Below are positions 45,600 to 54,578 of a DNA stretch of 64,000 nt, piece by piece. This DNA is from Puia sp. (GTDB lineage Bacteria > Bacteroidota > Bacteroidia > Chitinophagales > Chitinophagaceae). Below the pieces are notes generated by a model that was not told the DNA's origin, made no database searches, and worked only from the letters and a program-made list of their open reading frames with translations. The position numbers and the translations under genes are program-made. Where the stretch lies: assembly GCA_035695565.1 (NCBI GenBank), contig DASRRX010000006.1:55459-119458 (forward strand), given 5' to 3'. Positions within the stretch are counted from its first letter, which is position 1. Each line of letters begins with the position of its first letter.

Positions 45600-47520
45600 G
45601 GACCTTATATAGCGCACCTTTTTTGGTCGGCATCTTTTGGATATAGCCACGTTCATCCAACTGTTGAAGCAGCCTGCGGGCGTCTTCGGTAATGAGATCG
45701 CTCAACAGCACAAACTCTTCCTCCAGCATCGTGGGAAAGTGACTAAAGAGACTGACCGGCCGGGTGTCGATCAGACAACGCTTGGCATGAGGGTTGAGCT
45801 CGAGGATCGCCCTTTCCAGATCTTCATAGTACAAATGACCTTTCAGCCGGACGGTCTGCCCGGCGGCATTCGAGAAGATAAGATGAGGGAAACTCCGCAC
45901 ACCCAGCTCACGGGCCAGCTGCAGGTCATGCTGAAAGGCGATGCGGGCCTTGCCTTCGTAAGCCTTTGTGAAGGCCAACAAATTCAATCCCACTTCTGCG
46001 GCGGCGGCTTCGAGGTGCTTCCAGCGCATGATATTCTTTTTCTCAAGGAAGAGCTTTTCTCTTATTCGCCTTAAATATAGGATGGCGGCTTGTTCATCCT
46101 GCAGTTGGGCGGCCTTCACAGCGATTGACGGAGGAAATGAGGAAGACAGCGGATCTTCCAGCCAGATATCTCCATCGATGGGGATTTGGTAGGTCTCGTT
46201 GACGTCTTTCCACAGCCGGGCGGCGTCGGTAGGGCTTTTGATCTTGCCTTCACAGGTATCCCAGGAGGGGAGCAAGCCGCCCATATAATATTTAATTTCC
46301 AGGTAAGGACCATATTCGAGGCTCATCCTTTTTAGCGCCGGCTGGATGATCCAGCAGGTGGAGCAGATGGGATCGGTAAAATATTTGACCAGTAATTTCT
46401 GGGGTGTGATCCCTACGCGGGCGCGGGCGGGTTGGGAAGCCGCATTGCGGAGCGCAAGCGGTGTTTGGATCTGATGACGTCCCGGTTGCAGAAACGCCGA
46501 TCTGAGTTCCCTTCCCATCCGGATGTGTTCACTTACGACCGGTGCACGTTGAGAATGATATTGCCGGAAAGCGGTCTCGAGGTTAATGGAATTCTCGAGA
46601 GCAGCGGATAAAGTCTTTGCGCCGACCAGCGCATTGGTTGTGCCGGTGCTCGAGAAAGGAAGGGCCTGGTGTGCGGCATCGCCGACCAATACCACGTTAT
46701 CCTTGTGGAAGCGAGGCAACAGATCGAAATCGCGGGTATTCCAGACATAAGTTCTATTGAAGTCGTTGCCGGCTAATAACCCGGAGACTTCGGCTGGAAA
46801 CTCATTCATGGTGCGCAGGCAGAATTTTCGAACTGAGACGGGGTCGTTATCACGGATATCCCCGCGGCAGGGATCATATTGAATAAACCAGACAAACTCA
46901 TTCGTACCGGTAGGGATCATTCCAAAGGACAGTCCATATCGATCATGCTGGAATTTTACAAATGTGTGTCCATAGCGCTGCCAGAGACTCTCGTTGTGTG
47001 TGACGCCGACGATCTCCTTATATAGAACGGTCGTGGGCGGAAGGCGGCCGAAAAGGTCTTCGCGCACTTTGGATTTGCCGCCGTCACAGCCGATGAAGAC
47101 GTCGCCGTACTCGGTTTCGCCGTTTGTAAAAACGGCGGCGACAACCCTACCCTGCTGACGGATGAAATGGGAGAAGGACCGGCCACAACGTAACGCCGAT
47201 GGATGGAGCAGGCTCTCCATATATTCAAGCAGATCCGATCTTTTCATACACGTCCAGGATCGCAGTTCCTCGCATTTGATCTCGCTCCCGTCCGGACGGC
47301 GCAGCGAGAAAAGACTGATCCGTTCGCCGGGCATTTTGCGGTTATGGTCGAGGCTGAGCTCACGCAGGATGGAAATGGCATCGTCATGCAGTAAAAATGC
47401 ATGGCCCTGCGCAGCGGGGCCGGATTGCTTTTCGCTGACCGTGACCTCTCTTCCTTTTCGTTGCAGGAAGGCGCCGACTGCCAGACCTGCGACTCCTCCA
47501 CCGATAATGACGTATTTCAT
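45586..47520 (-). CDS. Fusion: FAD-dependent monooxygenase + DsbA/YjbH(SpxH)-like thioredoxin-fold domain
   Basis: IIGGGVAG, FIGCDGGKS, VLVGDAAH, then FTDPICSTCW, YYMGGL, SSFPPSIAVKAA, ELGVRSFP in one open frame. Confidence 0.85.
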   Translation of the reverse strand: MKYVIIGGGVAGLAVGAFLQRKGREVTVSEKQSGPAAQGHAFLLHDDAISILRELSLDHNRKMPGERISLFSLRRPDGSEIKCEELRSWTCMKRSDLLEYMESLLHPSALRCGRSFSHFIRQQGRVVAAVFTNGETEYGDVFIGCDGGKSKVREDLFGRLPPTTVLYKEIVGVTHNESLWQRYGHTFVKFQHDRYGLSFGMIPTGTNEFVWFIQYDPCRGDIRDNDPVSVRKFCLRTMNEFPAEVSGLLAGNDFNRTYVWNTRDFDLLPRFHKDNVVLVGDAAHQALPFSSTGTTNALVGAKTLSAALENSINLETAFRQYHSQRAPVVSEHIRMGRELRSAFLQPGRHQIQTPLALRNAASQPARARVGITPQKLLVKYFTDPICSTCWIIQPALKRMSLEYGPYLEIKYYMGGLLPSWDTCEGKIKSPTDAARLWKDVNETYQIPIDGDIWLEDPLSSSFPPSIAVKAAQLQDEQAAILYLRRIREKLFLEKKNIMRWKHLEAAAAEVGLNLLAFTKAYEGKARIAFQHDLQLARELGVRSFPHLIFSNAAGQTVRLKGHLYYEDLERAILELNPHAKRCLIDTRPVSLFSHFPTMLEEEFVLLSDLITEDARRLLQQLDERGYIQKMPTKKGALYKVLMQP

Positions 47521-47554
47521 AGGGTTGAGGTTATGAGGGTTAGGGAAACGTATT

Positions 47555-48721
47555 TCATAAATTACGGATTGTAAGGGTTATTCGATCCAATGCCTCGTCC
47601 AGGATTGCCGCCGAAGTAGCGAAACTGATGCGGATATAGCCGGCCGCCCCGGGTCCGAACCACTCGGGCAGACCGGGGACAACGGCCACTTTTGCCTGAT
47701 CGAACAAGACATCGCGGATCCCGGCAGAGGTGCGGCCGGTTCCGGTTATATTGGCAAAGGCTACATAACAGCCTTCGGGGGTTGAGCAATCGAAACCCGG
47801 GATCCGGTTAAGGCCGTCGATGCAACGGTCCCGCATGTGATGCAGGTGGCTGACGAATTCATCGAGCCACTGGCTGCATTCCTCCAGTGCGGCGGTAGCG
47901 GCTACCTGGGAAAGGAGATTGGCGCCATGGACGGTGGATTGGTGCCGGGATGCCTGAAAGAGCCGCGCATAATGGTCCGCGTTGGTGGTCATGACGGCGC
48001 CGATGCGCAAGCCGGCCAGGCCATAGGATTTGCTGAATCCGGTAACGGTGACGGTGTGATCGGCGATCTCTTTGTCCAGCGACGCGATGCTCGTGAAGGT
48101 ATGGGGCTTATACACAATATCGCTCCAGATCTCGTCGGACAGGATGACGAGGTCATGACGGCAGGCCAGCCGGCCCAGTTGGAGGAGCTCGTCTTTTGTA
48201 AATACTTTCCCCGTAGGGTTGAGGGGATTGCAAAGACAAATGAGCCGGGTCTTTGGCGTGAGCAGTTGCTCCAGCCGGTCGAAAGCCGCAGGCGACCCTT
48301 GCGGGATGGGTAAGGTGATGGGTTTGGCCCGTACCTCCTCGATGGCGTAACGGAAAAGGAAATCAACCGGATCGAAGAGGATAGCTTCGTCGCCTGGCCG
48401 GAGGAAGGCCTTACAGGTGATATAAATACCAAATGCGGCGCTATCGACCGGGAGGACGGATGCAGGGGTCGCCGGGATGTGCCGCTTCTCCTGAAAGAAG
48501 CGGGCCATGGCTTCCTTGAATTCGGGTATCCCTTCAGGTGGGCCGTAGGAGAAATATCGTTCGGTAAGGAATTTACGAATGGCTTCGGTAACGGGTGCCG
48601 GGCAGGGAAAGTCAGGGTCGGCCGCGGTCAGGGGGATGACTCCGGGTGGTACGGTAGCCCAGCGAAGGTTGTGAGCTCGTTTTCGTAGGTTGGGCAGATC
48701 AACGTGGGTCGGGTCAAACAT
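47555..48721 (-). CDS. PLP-dependent class I/II enzyme, MalY/PatB-like C-S lyase
   Basis: IPLTAADPDF, LCNPLNPTG, ILSDEIWSD, GFSKSYGLAGLR, YIRISFAT. Confidence 0.88.
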   Translation of the reverse strand: MFDPTHVDLPNLRKRAHNLRWATVPPGVIPLTAADPDFPCPAPVTEAIRKFLTERYFSYGPPEGIPEFKEAMARFFQEKRHIPATPASVLPVDSAAFGIYITCKAFLRPGDEAILFDPVDFLFRYAIEEVRAKPITLPIPQGSPAAFDRLEQLLTPKTRLICLCNPLNPTGKVFTKDELLQLGRLACRHDLVILSDEIWSDIVYKPHTFTSIASLDKEIADHTVTVTGFSKSYGLAGLRIGAVMTTNADHYARLFQASRHQSTVHGANLLSQVAATAALEECSQWLDEFVSHLHHMRDRCIDGLNRIPGFDCSTPEGCYVAFANITGTGRTSAGIRDVLFDQAKVAVVPGLPEWFGPGAAGYIRISFATSAAILDEALDRITLTIRNL

Positions 48722-49103
48722 GGGAGATGATCTCGGCGATCTTACCCTTCGCCACGGGTTTGATCAGGAAATCCGACACCGCCGGGTAGGTTTTTGATCG
48801 TTCGACCTCCTGTGGGGAGATGGAGGAGGAGACGATGAACAGCTCGATGTTCTTGCTGAGCTTCGGCCTCAGCAGCGCATACTCGTTGAGGAATTCCCAG
48901 CCATCCATGACGGGCATGCTGAGGTCGACAAAGATGATGTCGGGCAAAGCGTTGCTGTCGTCGCAAATTTCTCTAAGCCGGTCGATGGCCAGCTCCCCGT
49001 CACCGAATTCCCGGATCTCGCATCCGCCGTTGACGGAACAGATGATCTTCTTTGTCAGGTAGACAAATACGGGATCATCGTCTATGAGGAATATCGTCTT
49101 CAT
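48714..49103 (-). CDS. Single-domain response regulator
   Basis: LIDDDP, IIFVDLSMPVMDGWEFL, VSSS, FLIKPV. Confidence 0.93.
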   Translation of the reverse strand: MKTIFLIDDDPVFVYLTKKIICSVNGGCEIREFGDGELAIDRLREICDDSNALPDIIFVDLSMPVMDGWEFLNEYALLRPKLSKNIELFIVSSSISPQEVERSKTYPAVSDFLIKPVAKGKIAEIISHV

Positions 49104-50551
49104 GAAGCTTGCCTGTTTCGGGTTGCAAATTCAATATAAAATGTGCTGCCTACTTGTGGGGTACTTTCGACCCAGATGCGACCGCCCATGGCTTCTACCT
49201 GTGTCTTGGTCATAAACAATCCAAAGCCTTTTGCATTAGGGTGGCGGTGAAATACCTTCCCGATCTTAAAGAAATTATTGCGGTGTTTTACCAGGTCGAT
49301 ACCGAGCCCGTTGTCCTGAATGGAAAGAATGATCTTGTCGTCCCTGCGGGTGGTCCGAAGGTGGATCTCCGGTTTTCGGGCGGGATGATGGTACTTCAGC
49401 GAGTTGCTTACCAGGTTATGGAAAATACTATTAAGATATTGGGGGGCATAGTTGATCATGGAAGCCTCCGAGAAATCGGTAGTGATCTGTGCATCGAGCC
49501 GGTTGATCTCGGTCTGTAGTCCGGTTACGGTCCGGCGCACGCATTCTTTCAGGCAGACATCTTCAGTCATTATCTCGAGGTCCTGTCTGATCTGGATCGA
49601 TTCGACAAGCTCGTTGAAGGTGAGCTGGAGGTTTTCGATCACGGGTTTCAATTTGGTGATCAGGAGCGAATGTTCGCCCGGATCTTTTGTTTCCTCCAGG
49701 CAGTCGACGAGCATGGAGATGTTGACCAGCGGCGCGCGCAGGTTGTGGGAAACGATGGCACAGAAATCGATCAGCTGGGTATTCTGCGCAGAGAGTTGCT
49801 TCACCAGCGCGGCTTGCTTCTCTTCCATCAGCTTTCGGTCGGTGATATCGATCCCGAATCCGATGACGAGGGACAATTTGCCGCTCTCATCATAAACGGG
49901 GAACATCCGGCGCAGGTGGGTGATGATATTCCCATTTGCGTCGGGGAGGCTGTCTTCCCAGCGGATCTCCTTACCGGTATTCTTGGCCTCCAGAAATTTT
50001 GCCCTGCGTGCATGCGCCACGGTGATATCCCGGTTACGCCAGGCCGCATATTCGTAGTCGTCTTTGCCGATAATGAACTTCCGGTACTCGGCTTTACTGA
50101 TGGCGCCGGGGTTGACGAACAGGTAGCGGTGTTCGGAATCAAATACGGCGATGTCGGTGGGAAGCTTGTTGAGGATATTCTCGTAGAACGCTTTTTGTTT
50201 ATCCAGTTGTTCGGTCACCAGTTTGTCGGGGGTAAGCATCATCAGTTGGGTGAGGCTTTCGGCGACGAGCCGGAGGTTGGTGGCCTGAGTTTCGTTAAGT
50301 GGTTTATCCGGGTTGAGACAGAGGTGACCGTGGTGACGGCCGTTGCGGGCGATCAAAGGAATATTGACGGCGAATTCGGAAAGCCGGCTCCCCGGCGCGT
50401 CGGCGTCGAGGATAATGGCGTCGGGTGCAACAGCGAGACGGGCGGCAAGTTCAAGCAAACTGCCGTAGCCCGGCGGTTGTGCAGATAAGTCTGCCGCCGT
50501 TGGCGAAGGATAAGACGCACCATTGATGACTGAGGTTGACCTCGATCTCAT
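49100..50551 (-). CDS. Cytoplasmic PAS sensor histidine kinase with vestigial N-terminal GAF
   Basis: PAS (LPTDIAVFD..YLFVN..CIIGKDD-like), VSHNLRAP, NLVSNSLKY, DNGLGID, GFGLFM; no TM helix. Confidence 0.92.
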   Translation of the reverse strand: MRSRSTSVINGASYPSPTAADLSAQPPGYGSLLELAARLAVAPDAIILDADAPGSRLSEFAVNIPLIARNGRHHGHLCLNPDKPLNETQATNLRLVAESLTQLMMLTPDKLVTEQLDKQKAFYENILNKLPTDIAVFDSEHRYLFVNPGAISKAEYRKFIIGKDDYEYAAWRNRDITVAHARRAKFLEAKNTGKEIRWEDSLPDANGNIITHLRRMFPVYDESGKLSLVIGFGIDITDRKLMEEKQAALVKQLSAQNTQLIDFCAIVSHNLRAPLVNISMLVDCLEETKDPGEHSLLITKLKPVIENLQLTFNELVESIQIRQDLEIMTEDVCLKECVRRTVTGLQTEINRLDAQITTDFSEASMINYAPQYLNSIFHNLVSNSLKYHHPARKPEIHLRTTRRDDKIILSIQDNGLGIDLVKHRNNFFKIGKVFHRHPNAKGFGLFMTKTQVEAMGGRIWVESTPQVGSTFYIEFATRNRQAS

Positions 50552-50633
50552 TTCAAGGGGATAGGGATTTTACAAAAAACCTAACTATTTAATAACGAAT
50601 AATTTATTTAAGTATTGTGGAAAATCTGGAGCG

Positions 50634-50912
50634 TTATAACAGATTGCTTGTCAAGGGGTCAATGACGGTTTTCACTTCGGCGATCATATTGATCGGGAAA
50701 TTGCCAAGGCGGGCATGTTCCCGCACAAGCTCCTCACTTTCAGCGATATGTATACAATAGAGCTTATCCTGAGTGACAAAGGTCTGGATCCAGTGATAGG
50801 GGCGGCCTAGCTGGCAGACGACTTCGCAGGATTCACGGGCAATATCCTGCAATTCCTGTGGGGTGAGGTTGCCGGCGCCGGGGAGATTGCGTTCGATCAG
50901 AAACTTTTTCAT
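50634..50912 (-). CDS. DUF4242 family protein (SCO4226-like)
   Basis: MKKFLIERNLPGAG...W..TFVT.DKLYCIHIAESEELVREHA..G.FP. Confidence 0.88.
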   Translation of the reverse strand: MKKFLIERNLPGAGNLTPQELQDIARESCEVVCQLGRPYHWIQTFVTQDKLYCIHIAESEELVREHARLGNFPINMIAEVKTVIDPLTSNLL

Positions 50913-51009
50913 GGTGAGCTTTTTAATGTTTGATGGGATCAAAGTTCGGGATATTGGAGGCGTGGACATTCAGGGGGATTCCCTATTTCTGGTACCGGGA
51001 TTCCCTATT

Positions 51010-53613
51010 TTACGATTTCATGATTCCGCGGCGGATGGCTTCCCGGACTGCCTTGGTGCGGGAGTCGACGTCCAGTTTGGAAAGGATAGCGGAAATATGA
51101 TGGTCGACCGTTTTTGCGGAAATGAAGAGGCGGGAGCCGATCTCTTTGTTGTGCAAGCCTTCTTTGAGAAGTTCGAGCACGCCAAGCTCGCGTTCGGTGA
51201 GAAAGGCGGGATTCTCCCGGGTAGTTTTTCGGCTGCCTCGCGGGATGCTGCGGATCCCTTCGGATCGCATTTCAAGCTTCATTTTCTCATAGACGGCGGT
51301 GGCGCCCAGCCGGTGAACGATCGCGACGGCTTCTTTTTTCGCGTCTTCATTTCCTTCAAACAGAAAGAGGGCCTGTTCGTAGGGGCTACCGAGTCCCTCC
51401 CACCCTGCAGCGTTCTCTATGGCTTTTTCGGGATGGTCGGCGCGATAGCGGTTGTGGACCTCATGCATGGGCACCTGGTCTCCTCTAACCTTCCACAACC
51501 AAAAATCAAATTCGCTGCTTTCTCTCAGCGTACCGCCCTGGCTGATCAGTCCTATCGCGTATTCAATAGCCGCTTTTTCGAGGACGGGCTCGCCGGTGAT
51601 CCATTCGTATTCGAGCAATGCGGTAAGAGCGGGGAGCATTTGCTGAAGCTCCATGGCCTCGAAGGCTTTGGATCTTGCGTCGAGAAGGAGGGGCAGGGCA
51701 TCGGCTTCGCCCATGCGCATCCTGATCGTGCCGATCACGACAAGCGCGCTGCTCTTTACGATGCTGGCCTGAGATTCGTTGCGGAGCAATTGTTCGGCGA
51801 TGGCAGAGGCCTCGTCCCACCGGCCGGTATTAAGGAGGAGCCGCGCCTTCCAGGAAAGCATATAGGTCCGCCAGGAGTCCAGCTCGAGCTCTTCACAATA
51901 GGTGATCCCTTCATTGAGTACTTTGGCGCCGAGGGTGTAGTCCTTTAGCTGGATGGCATTGCTCGCCATATTGGTATAAGCCCGTGCGGCATGTTCGTGA
52001 AAGTGACGCCGGAGGGCAATATCGAGGCTGCGTTTCAGCAGATCGAGCCCTTTTTGCCGATAGGCGGGGACGCGCATCTGGACACTGCCGACATTGTTGT
52101 AGGCATGGGAAAGGATCTCCTCGTCACCCAATTCGTTCGCAATACCGATGGCTTTCTGTCCCCAGTAAATACATTCGACCGTCTGATCGGAAAGCATTTT
52201 CAGCTGGGACATGTTACTGAAGGCCATCGCCTTTGGTCGGGATGATGGCTGATCGGCAAGGGTATCGATGGCCTCCCGGGCAAAGCGCTCGGCCTGCCGG
52301 CGGTTGCCGTCGAACCACCAAAGGCGGGAAAGGAACCAAAGGGCATTGCCCATCTTCTCCCGGTCATCTTTTTCCTTCCAGATGCCGGTGACCTTCTGCT
52401 GGTAGATGATGGCTTCTTTTATCCGGTTGGTGAGATAGCATTCGTATGCGAATGGTTCGTATAGTCCGACGAGGGTAGCGGGGTCTTTACCCAGATAGTA
52501 TTCGATGGCGGAGAAGTAGAGACGCGCGGCTTCGGTATGGGCGCCGAGGGTGGCAGCCTCCCGGGCGGCTATCGGGGCGTAATGAACGACGGTCCGATGG
52601 TCGTTGGCATTCTTGGCGTGGTGGATTATCCGCTCCGTCTCGCCATTGCTTTCAAACTGCTCGCGAAAAGTGTTGAGGATCCTTTTGTTGAGGTCAATGC
52701 GTACGAAGGGAGACAGGGAGGATTCGATGGTCCGCCGGTATAGTTCATGTTTGAAGAAGAGCCGGCTATCCTTGAGCAGGATGATCTTTGTCTCGAGGCA
52801 GGCGGCGAGGGCTGTGGCATAATGTGGTTCGAGCTGTTCGAGATAGTCCGTCTCCAGGCCGGTAGGCAGGACGGACAGGAGCGCGCAAACCTGGCGGGTA
52901 GTGCTATCGAGGCGGTTGAAGACGGACAGGATGGAGTCTTTTATATTATCGGGTACCCCGGGGCTATAGCTGGCGAGGATCTCGTTGACGTAAAAGGGAT
53001 TTCCACCGGAGATGCTGTACACGTCCTCACCGCGGTAGCCGCGGAGCTTTGCAAGGCTTTCCACCGCGCGTTCAGAGAGCGGGGGAAGCTGGAGCCTGGT
53101 AAACGAATGGGGCGGCAGTTGTCCGAGCAGCTGTTTCAGCGGATGGCCTGGATGGACCTCTTCGTCACGCCAGGTGAGGATAAAGAGGCAGTGAAGGCGG
53201 GAAATGCGGCGGGCCAGGAATTTGATGAAGTCGATCGTAGCTTCGTCGGCCCAGTGGATGTCTTCAAATACGAGGATCGATGGGCCGGGCTGTTGATCGA
53301 ACCGTTGGAGGAATTCGGTAAAAAGGGTTGTACGGTCTTCGTGGCCGTCTTTTTTCCAATCGTCTTCCCAGATCTGCCAAATGATATCGTAGAGTGGCGC
53401 CAGCGGCCTGGGGGTAAAGAGGGCGTCGCAGGTGCCGAGATAGACTTTCGCGTGATGCCGGTGTTGCTGGCAGAAGGCGCGGACGAGGGCGGTTTTGCCG
53501 ATGCCGGCTTCGCCGCTCAACATGACGCAATGGCCTTCCCCGGCCGACATGTCTTTGTATTTGTCGTGCAGTGCAGTCAGATGCTCGGCTCTTTCGATCA
53601 GTTCAATATTCAC
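51010..53613 (-). CDS. STAND AAA ATPase-TPR-LuxR transcriptional regulator (MalT/LAL-like)
   Basis: GTG 53613 start (NIELIERA), GEAGIGKT, VFEDIHWAD, SGGNPFY, helical repeats, LTERELGVL..GLHNKEIG..SAKTVDHHISAIL. Confidence 0.92.
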   Translation of the reverse strand: MNIELIERAEHLTALHDKYKDMSAGEGHCVMLSGEAGIGKTALVRAFCQQHRHHAKVYLGTCDALFTPRPLAPLYDIIWQIWEDDWKKDGHEDRTTLFTEFLQRFDQQPGPSILVFEDIHWADEATIDFIKFLARRISRLHCLFILTWRDEEVHPGHPLKQLLGQLPPHSFTRLQLPPLSERAVESLAKLRGYRGEDVYSISGGNPFYVNEILASYSPGVPDNIKDSILSVFNRLDSTTRQVCALLSVLPTGLETDYLEQLEPHYATALAACLETKIILLKDSRLFFKHELYRRTIESSLSPFVRIDLNKRILNTFREQFESNGETERIIHHAKNANDHRTVVHYAPIAAREAATLGAHTEAARLYFSAIEYYLGKDPATLVGLYEPFAYECYLTNRIKEAIIYQQKVTGIWKEKDDREKMGNALWFLSRLWWFDGNRRQAERFAREAIDTLADQPSSRPKAMAFSNMSQLKMLSDQTVECIYWGQKAIGIANELGDEEILSHAYNNVGSVQMRVPAYRQKGLDLLKRSLDIALRRHFHEHAARAYTNMASNAIQLKDYTLGAKVLNEGITYCEELELDSWRTYMLSWKARLLLNTGRWDEASAIAEQLLRNESQASIVKSSALVVIGTIRMRMGEADALPLLLDARSKAFEAMELQQMLPALTALLEYEWITGEPVLEKAAIEYAIGLISQGGTLRESSEFDFWLWKVRGDQVPMHEVHNRYRADHPEKAIENAAGWEGLGSPYEQALFLFEGNEDAKKEAVAIVHRLGATAVYEKMKLEMRSEGIRSIPRGSRKTTRENPAFLTERELGVLELLKEGLHNKEIGSRLFISAKTVDHHISAILSKLDVDSRTKAVREAIRRGIMKS

Positions 53614-53703
53614 AGGTTGCTTGATTGTGGGCGGACCCGGCCGCGGCAGGCGGTGGTACAAATTTGCTGAAAATTCCCAGGAGCGGCAGTACCCATTTAA
53701 TGG

Positions 53704-53711
53704 TATTTTTG
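53704..53711 (+). promoter_or_regulatory. Bacteroidota primary-sigma -7 box
   Basis: TATTTTTG is an exact match, 7 nt before ATG 53719. Confidence 0.6.
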
Positions 53712-53718
53712 GGTGAAT

Positions 53719-54555
53719 ATGAAAATTCTTGCCATTATTCCGGGGTGTCTGCTCGGATGGTCGTTGCCGGCGTCTGCACAGTCTCAGCCGATGCAGGGGT
53801 TGCATCAGGCGTTGGAATCGCCGCATCAGACGATGCAATGGCCGCATCATAAAAAAGCGACGATCGTCCTGACCTATGACGATGCGCTGGTCTCCCAATT
53901 GGATAGCGCGGTGCCGCAGCTGCAGAAAGCGGGGTTCAAGGCCACCTTCTTTTTGACCAGCGATATCGACTTTGTAACGATGCCCCGCTGGCGGAAGCTG
54001 GCCGGAGAGGGGTTCGAGCTGGGCAATCACACGGTGTACCATCCCTGCTCGCCATCGCCTGACAACCCCGTGTCTTCGGCGTCTTACACCCAAACGCAAA
54101 TGATCAATGAGATAGATCTGATGAACCGGTTCCTTTATGCGCTGGACGGGAAGACGGTCAGGACGTTCGCTTATCCCTGCGCGGAGACGTTGGCGGGTGG
54201 GAAGGACTATGTGGATTCGTTGCGGCGGACGGGTACGGTACTCTATGCGCGGATCGGGGGGGATGAGACCTCGGTGATCACCGACTTTGTGCATCTCGAT
54301 TCGTTGCGGGTGCCGGCGTTAGGGTTGGAGGATCATACAGATGCGGCGACGATCATCGGTTTTATCAAAAGGGTGCAGGAGTCGGGCGGGATGGGAGTTA
54401 TCATGTTCCATGGGATCGGCGGGGATTATATTACGACGGCAACGGATGTGCATCAGAAGGTGTTGGATTATTTGAAGGAGAATGAGAAGGATATCTGGGT
54501 GGCGACGTTTGAGGAGGCGATGCGATGGGCGATGGGACATACCGTAAGGCGATGA
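53719..54555 (+). CDS. Secreted polysaccharide deacetylase (CE4/NodB)
   Basis: Signal peptide; TYDD, GNHTVYH, RTFAYP, IMFHG motifs. Confidence 0.9.
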   Translation: MKILAIIPGCLLGWSLPASAQSQPMQGLHQALESPHQTMQWPHHKKATIVLTYDDALVSQLDSAVPQLQKAGFKATFFLTSDIDFVTMPRWRKLAGEGFELGNHTVYHPCSPSPDNPVSSASYTQTQMINEIDLMNRFLYALDGKTVRTFAYPCAETLAGGKDYVDSLRRTGTVLYARIGGDETSVITDFVHLDSLRVPALGLEDHTDAATIIGFIKRVQESGGMGVIMFHGIGGDYITTATDVHQKVLDYLKENEKDIWVATFEEAMRWAMGHTVRR

Positions 54556-54578
54556 GCCAAATGATGGGATAGCCCTGC

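Noticed and set aside
35975-47520. Selenoproteins by UGA readthrough
   Set aside because: SelD has Cys (GCGCK) and the DsbA domain has CSTC. I found no in-frame TGA at a catalytic position or SECIS-like context. This was not an exhaustive search.
53614-54294. N-terminal extension of the 1094-aa ORF
   Set aside because: It is antisense to the clearly real deacetylase gene and has no domain signal. The STAND domain begins at GTG 53613.
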